IMG/VR virus record: IMGVR_UViG_3300035670_012130
Location: 42,126-106,125 of that record
DNA length: 64,000 bases
Source: a virus
Strand: one strand, 5' to 3'
Each line of letters opens with the position of its first letter. The first letter of the stretch is position 1. This document shows, piece after piece, positions 59,301 to 64,000 of this stretch. The position numbers and the translations under genes are program-made. Below the pieces are notes generated by a model that worked only from the letters and a program-made list of their open reading frames with translations, did not search any database and was not told the DNA's origin.

Positions 59301-60192
59301 ACAAGTAAATGCTGGGACTGGATCGACAACAACAACGAATACTAATACTAATAACCAGAATTTATCTACAACTAATAATTCAGGCGTTATCTATCAAATT
59401 CAAAAGAATGCTGACAACTCGCTATCTAGGAAGGGGATTTATGTTCCCCCTTCAAGAGCTTACCCAGTTTACGCTCCTGACCGTAAAATCAGAGAGTATG
59501 GCATTTATGAAGTTCAGCCAATATATGTACCAACACTTATCACTTGGACACAGATTGTTGCCTTAATTCTTAACAAGTATCCATCAACTCCAGATACAAC
59601 TTTGGATAACGGAACTCAAGTAAAGATTTATGTAAAGACTGGAAACACAAGAGCAGAATGTATAGCAGCTTCTTATGGTGATGCTCAATCATTATCAAGT
59701 ATCAATGATAGTTTAGCTCCAACAACTGCGCAATCTTTGGCTGTAGATCTTTCAGCATATTCTGGTAAATGGTTGCAATATAAGGTTGAACTTATCACAG
59801 CAACTCCTAACATCACTCCAGAATTGCTATCATTGACTCTTTCATATACATCATCGTCAGGCAGTTATTTCTTCACTAGAATGTTTGATACTACTAATTA
59901 TGACACTGATGCTCCAATGATCAAAAGAGGTTTACTTACTTCTAACGAATTAAAAAACAATGGTAGCATCGTGTACGGATATACAACATCTGATGACACT
60001 AATGAAACATTCAATTTTGCTAACTTCACAGTAATTGATCCGAACCAAACCTTTGAATTACCAGAAGCATCCAGCAAAATCAGATTCGGAATTTTCCTTA
60101 CAAGCGTAGGATCAACTCCATCTATGGTGTATGATTTTGCCGTACAACTTGATATAGGAGATGCTAGCATTAAATTTAATCCAACTCCGTAG
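56344..60192 (+). CDS. Multidomain virion protein (beta-sandwich, beta-propeller, PA14-like, N/T/Q-rich linker)
   Basis: AFKIVS...YWIYI domain; [11 protein letters not shown] and [12 protein letters not shown] blades; [25 protein letters not shown]14-like domain. Confidence 0.6.
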   Translation: MAYDNYGFFDPKYWNEALNNRTSIGYEIEDETTDIFVKSEFYPNASVIYDTVPPKGILILNRKADDVDPGIKVHYFSGTGYSSITTEYTDTTSSYSFIQTVNAFKIVSDKDQNISTIYINLKKTGNIVNLGDRINVAIYTHDATNDAPSTLLGSFSSIQFNDLTTSFDSYSFSNTGLTLTADTTYWIYITLDNLPMSTIGSATIDIANFSNNNSEFAYYDSDNLTWIRIANTSPYYKITAFNTTSAELSSKDYLLDIFEVPLKEVSVYGGSSDLSKYEVIGNDQANYVYKKFNPVYSDPTNSANNIYPTVTNLIVGATAKNTKTYILQVKKTQTSEWEDIVENIADPETTDYLSFTFTTPLSLYAARIAYHGDYFTIDQRGDITLAAYDQFSDVVSAQVSRFSDFRDATSFPNADSKGFIDFSAGETTYTNIDLTNAAYLWSKKTGNASSEITAIASFNDKILIAANHKMFVYKSGEVYEILNESLVGEKYQITCIHVFNGRAYAATNYGLVFTSFNGEFWSVINAKDPLSTTNYKLLKPIISMTSLGNNLFFGSTKGSTSSCSVYQYNGKAITELKTFSSFDQVSAITAKEFTLYVGVGGAYGSGASAIYKYYNAEWVQTLSSNFDNVECIAKSSTRNSVLVGFRGGQIWELSFTNATANSWAKLYDTYADHIFSIYDDTNANYIYVSTDNGTYGYFKSINGFKKIVSYSYDTNLLNSTWRSYTGSGITWTDLGDIESYNFIAYRGQTEAINYTGAIGSSFIPPTGFTNSSITYEGAVLASKDGALSFRIDSSVGYNLFVNDTLQISNYNQSTTLSTLYSANAFNVLEGDILKIKLQTTNNVGSGTTFQFLWQKNTGESFEAIPSSQFYGSSKIKSVSAIGNTFYGAGMDGSVYEFTTTPYENNDRYIYARFKDQAGNIQGVSLPAHSNGFPVINDRMIQVANTANNTSSFIQYTNTTIVSNSNTTINPVTGNTQNNQTNNPTQGQVNAGTGSTTTTNTNTNNQNLSTTNNSGVIYQIQKNADNSLSRKGIYVPPSRAYPVYAPDRKIREYGIYEVQPIYVPTLITWTQIVALILNKYPSTPDTTLDNGTQVKIYVKTGNTRAECIAASYGDAQSLSSINDSLAPTTAQSLAVDLSAYSGKWLQYKVELITATPNITPELLSLTLSYTSSSGSYFFTRMFDTTNYDTDAPMIKRGLLTSNELKNNGSIVYGYTTSDDTNETFNFANFTVIDPNQTFELPEASSKIRFGIFLTSVGSTPSMVYDFAVQLDIGDASIKFNPTP

Positions 60193-60198
60193 GTAGTA

Positions 60199-63100
60199 AT
60201 GGCTAATCGTACATCAATTTACAAGTTTTTATATTCACAATTTGGCGATATTTGGTATCCAGGTTATGACTATGAAAATATGCTTACAGCTGAATCTAAT
60301 TTTTCAGGCATATACTCTTTTTTTGGTCCTGGAGTTATTAATGGCTGGGATGTATCTAAATTAGCAGACAATAGAGCTGATCAAATTTTACTTCTTGATG
60401 GATACAATACAAGCGCCACAAGTGAATATGGACAGAAATTATCATTACTAGATCTTGATTTCACTGTATCTTGTTCAGCAGCCACCACCACAAATATCAC
60501 TCTTTCTGGCGCACAAACAATAGATGGAGTTTCTGTTGTTGCTGGTGATCTTGTATTAGTGAAAGATCAATCTACAGCATCACAAAATGGAATATATACT
60601 GTAGATTCTTCAACTTGGACTAGACATTCAAGCCTTAATACAACATCTGATTATTCTGATAATTTTGTTGTCTATGTAAGTTCTGGATCAACAAATGAAA
60701 AAACACTTTGGATTGGCGCAGTTTCATCAACAAATTTTACTCTAGGCTCATCAAATCTTTATTTTCAAGATGCTTTCAAACAATGTATCAAAGTTAGCAC
60801 AGGCAATGGAATTATCGATAAATATGCTGCTAAAACTGAAAAACCACGCTATTTTAGACAAACGATAGCAAACACTTTTTATGCTTGGGCTGAATCTGGA
60901 ATATCAACATTATCAGACGAAATTTGTAATATCTCTTTTCCAACAATCCCAGATTCTAAATACAACACCTATTCAAATGCTGTATATTTAGCCACTGTCA
61001 TTTACAAAGCAGATACAACCTACACTGATTTCAATACTGTTTCAGAAATCGTCTATGAAGAAAGAAGAAATCAAATTAATGAATCTTCTGGAGAATTTCA
61101 AAGACAACTTCAATTATCTTATTTGAAACATAAACATCTTGGTGAAATAAACACACCAGCAAAGATAGATCTTGCAAATTACTTAGTATTAACAGCTTCT
61201 TCTAACGATGGAAGTTCTAGTTATGACAACACTTCTATTTTTATATTAAAGAATGCTGATGGTGCCTTATTTAGTGACACTCTTTCTTCATACGGCACAC
61301 CAATTGTAAAACTTGATGGAACTACTTTGTCTAGTCTTGATTACACAATAAGCGAATCAAGTAGCCCATATAAGATTTATCTAAACCAAAGCATCAAGTC
61401 AACATCCAAACTTGAAGTATATTTGCCATACGCTGTTGATAAAACTTTAATTGCAGTAGATGCTAATCAACAAATCTTATCTACAGCCCTTACATTCAAC
61501 ACATATATAAAGTTAAGTGATGGAACAATTTACCAATATACTGATGCTACTGGTTTGACCACTGACCTTTACACATTATTCGCTTGGACAGATTTTCAAT
61601 ATGATACTGCTGAAGTTTATTTAACAGAAACATTGATAGATCAAACACACTATACAATCAATCCTTATTCTGGTTGTATTTTGCTTAAGAATACAATTCC
61701 AAATTATGCTCAATACACTTTTCTTGATTTGTCTGTTGTAATAAAAGCACGTAAAACTGAAATCAAGAACGATCTTACAAATGATTACATTAAGAATTTA
61801 TCTGCCAACAGCATATCTACAGGCAAGATATCAATAAATAATTTAAAGATTAATCATTACAGCGAGAATAGATATAAGCAACCTTTGACTTTTACTCCTG
61901 ATAAATACTTAACTACTGGAATTGGTAAGTCATATTTATATCCCCAAAACACAAATTCTTACATTCAATACAACGATAATATTAGCGCTTTCTACAAGAG
62001 TGCAAACATTATCACTAGTTTGAACTTGATTTATGCTGCGTCTTCAAGAGGATTGTTCAGCTTCAATTTAGGCAGCAATACAGCACAAACAACTAACTGG
62101 CAAAATGATTATGGAAAAATTCTATCGCTTCAAGATAACATAATTTATCCAACAAATGAGAATTATTTTAAAAATGTTTATGCTTTCACTTCATTAGGCA
62201 AAGTTTATTACAACAATACAAGCAATGTTTGGGAAGATCTAAAATTACCGATAGATGCTAGTGGAATTGCAAAAACATTAGTTGGTTTTAAGATTTCTTC
62301 TGATAAGTTAGCTGATGGAACATATCAAACTTATCAATATGGTTTGACATCAGATAAAGCTTACTATGCTATTATTCCTGACAATACAGCATATCAAAAC
62401 TGGGATTGGAATGAAATTTCTACCTTCTACAATTCTTCTGGTGTGGCGATAACAAATATTTACAATCTTTCTGGAATTGAAGAATTATCAACGCAAAAGA
62501 TCACATATGTAGCTGGCGAGACTGATGATATTACAATCCAAAGAGCGTTGTATATTGGAGCAATCGGCACTAGTACTAAAGGTTTGTACTATGGAGATTT
62601 CAGCCAATTATCACAAATATTTGACGAGCCAGTAAAGGGAATTTATTGGATTAAAGATGGCGCATACAAAAATAATATTATCTGGTGGAATGATTATCAG
62701 GCATTTATCACTCACACAGCAAAATATTATGAAGATGCTACAGGTAAATATTGGTCTCTTCCATTCTCACAATCAACAACATCTTTCTCAAATGCTTTAT
62801 GCGCCACTACAGAAGATATAGACCTCACTGGAACACAAACTATCGATGGTATTGCTGTTAGTGCTGGCAATATTGTTCTTGTCAAAAATCAAACCAACAA
62901 AGCAGAAAATGGAATTTATGTTGCATCTGCTGGAAGTTGGACAAGATCTACCGAACTTGATGTAAATGCTGAATTTATTAATTGGAAAACAGTATATGTA
63001 TCAAGCGGAACTATAAATGGCGACAGTACTTGGTATCTTGTAGTTGAAGATGCATTTGACTTTGGTACTTCTGATGTTGTTTGGGAAGTTCAGAGATTAA

Positions 63101-64000
63101 AAATTTATCAAAACTCAACACCTTCTGGAGCTGGTGCAAGTAGTATTATCAATTGTGTTGTTCAAAGAAATTCAACATCATTCCCAGCAGATTACTTCAT
63201 TGGACACTCTAATGGTATTGCAAGAGTTCAAGAATCATCATTGGGAACATCTGTAGCCTATAGTGAACTTTTCTGGGAGCCTGTTTTCCAAGGTTCAGCA
63301 AATACACTTTACAGTTTTGATGATGGTAGTAATTTTGGTAAGTTATATGCTGGAACAACTAATGGAATCTTTGTCAGCACTGAACTTTTATGGCAAGATG
63401 TAAACGTATCTAGCACAGTTTCTTTGAATTATAGATGGAAGAGACCTAACGATACATTTTCTGAAAATGAAACAGAATTCGCAGTATTTGATAAAGATTA
63501 CAACCAAATTACCAACTTTACTTTGAACTATCCTTATCAGATGGTGGCTATGGGATCTTCTTATGTTCCTGGTGATCAAGTTTACTACGAGAAGAGTTTC
63601 AATACATTTACCACTGATCCTTGGAATGATACACAAACAGATAGCACTAGACTTTTTACTTATATAAACAATGAGCCTAGCACTATTCCATTTTACTCCA
63701 ACCCATCAGAAGGCAAAATTACTTTCACACAGTCAGTGTTAAAGAGTGATATTGATAATGCAAAGATATCTATAGTAAATGATTTCCCAACAATATCTGA
63801 TGCTGGAACAAAGCCTCATTCTTCAACTTATGTACCATTATATAAGACGAAAACCCCTATTGCATTACTAGCGAAGGCAAACTCTAATACTGATACTAAA
63901 ATCTATGTAAATCAAAGAATTAGCAATTATTCTTTGATTGAATTGAAGGCTGGTAATAAGTACGAGATAGCAGTGGTCAAATCTGTTGACAATACTGTTT
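60199..64000 (+). CDS. Tail fibre-like protein, 3'-truncated by the window (absent from the ORF track)
   Basis: Manual translation from ATG 60199: MANRTSIYKFLYSQFGDIWYPGYDYENM...; AATTTNITLSGAQTIDGVSVVAGDLVLVKDQSTASQNGIY and a second copy near 62800; appears open to the window end. Confidence 0.8.
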   Translation, partial: MANRTSIYKFLYSQFGDIWYPGYDYENMLTAESNFSGIYSFFGPGVINGWDVSKLADNRADQILLLDGYNTSATSEYGQKLSLLDLDFTVSCSAATTTNITLSGAQTIDGVSVVAGDLVLVKDQSTASQNGIYTVDSSTWTRHSSLNTTSDYSDNFVVYVSSGSTNEKTLWIGAVSSTNFTLGSSNLYFQDAFKQCIKVSTGNGIIDKYAAKTEKPRYFRQTIANTFYAWAESGISTLSDEICNISFPTIPDSKYNTYSNAVYLATVIYKADTTYTDFNTVSEIVYEERRNQINESSGEFQRQLQLSYLKHKHLGEINTPAKIDLANYLVLTASSNDGSSSYDNTSIFILKNADGALFSDTLSSYGTPIVKLDGTTLSSLDYTISESSSPYKIYLNQSIKSTSKLEVYLPYAVDKTLIAVDANQQILSTALTFNTYIKLSDGTIYQYTDATGLTTDLYTLFAWTDFQYDTAEVYLTETLIDQTHYTINPYSGCILLKNTIPNYAQYTFLDLSVVIKARKTEIKNDLTNDYIKNLSANSISTGKISINNLKINHYSENRYKQPLTFTPDKYLTTGIGKSYLYPQNTNSYIQYNDNISAFYKSANIITSLNLIYAASSRGLFSFNLGSNTAQTTNWQNDYGKILSLQDNIIYPTNENYFKNVYAFTSLGKVYYNNTSNVWEDLKLPIDASGIAKTLVGFKISSDKLADGTYQTYQYGLTSDKAYYAIIPDNTAYQNWDWNEISTFYNSSGVAITNIYNLSGIEELSTQKITYVAGETDDITIQRALYIGAIGTSTKGLYYGDFSQLSQIFDEPVKGIYWIKDGAYKNNIIWWNDYQAFITHTAKYYEDATGKYWSLPFSQSTTSFSNALCATTEDIDLTGTQTIDGIAVSAGNIVLVKNQTNKAENGIYVASAGSWTRSTELDVNAEFINWKTVYVSSGTINGDSTWYLVVEDAFDFGTSDVVWEVQRLKIYQNSTPSGAGASSIINCVVQRNSTSFPADYFIGHSNGIARVQESSLGTSVAYSELFWEPVFQGSANTLYSFDDGSNFGKLYAGTTNGIFVSTELLWQDVNVSSTVSLNYRWKRPNDTFSENETEFAVFDKDYNQITNFTLNYPYQMVAMGSSYVPGDQVYYEKSFNTFTTDPWNDTQTDSTRLFTYINNEPSTIPFYSNPSEGKITFTQSVLKSDIDNAKISIVNDFPTISDAGTKPHSSTYVPLYKTKTPIALLAKANSNTDTKIYVNQRISNYSLIELKAGNKYEIAVVKSVDNTV

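Noticed and set aside
6122-63636. Short ORFs nested in or antisense to long genes (e.g. 6122-6316, 9611-9880, 11018-11338, 18895-19236, 27444-27797, 34622-34924, 63388-63636)
   Set aside because: They lie within well-supported genes and show shadow-frame composition with no motifs or ribosome-binding sites.
1-64000. Stop-codon reassignment as seen in some large phages
   Set aside because: Very long ORFs are intact under the standard code, and TAA, TAG and TGA all end genes at tight junctions.
1-64000. CRISPR array, tRNA genes, diversity-generating retroelement, intron or intein
   Set aside because: No spaced direct repeats, cloverleaf, reverse transcriptase, near-identical repeat pair or splicing motifs seen by eye; intergenic gaps are at most about 116 bp. 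Dedicated scans were not run.

Overview
AT-rich (roughly 30% GC by eye), densely coded segment that reads as part of a large tailed-phage genome, translated with the standard code (TAA, TAG and TGA all act as stops). It has three blocks. (1) <1-4513 (+): end of a sugar-biosynthesis/modification cluster (split ThDP-dependent acetolactate-synthase-like enzyme, two NAD-dependent epimerase/dehydratases, an FkbM-family methyltransferase, a GT-A-like glycosyltransferase). (2) 4510-21643 (-): neck/tail module (zinc-ribbon proteins, degenerate PHP protein, Mu gp36-like adaptor, tail-completion-like protein, large beta-rich virion proteins, two tube-like plus chaperone-like gene pairs). (3) 21722->64000 (+): a small zinc-ribbon gene missing from the ORF track, two long helical proteins, a 3461-aa protein with about 14 PKD domains and RCC1-like repeats, a hub-like protein and a series of very large adhesin/fibre-like proteins, the last running off the window. 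I saw no capsid, portal, terminase, sheath, tRNA, CRISPR array or reverse transcriptase. The best leads are: an identical C-terminal peptide (LSFSL-stop) on two unrelated sugar-modifying enzymes; a repeated TAnAAT-N6-ATG leaderless-promoter signature; duplicated tube/chaperone cassettes; and a recurring K-x-A / x-x-A-Q motif in candidate internal virion proteins. All family assignments come from motif recognition by eye, not from database searches.
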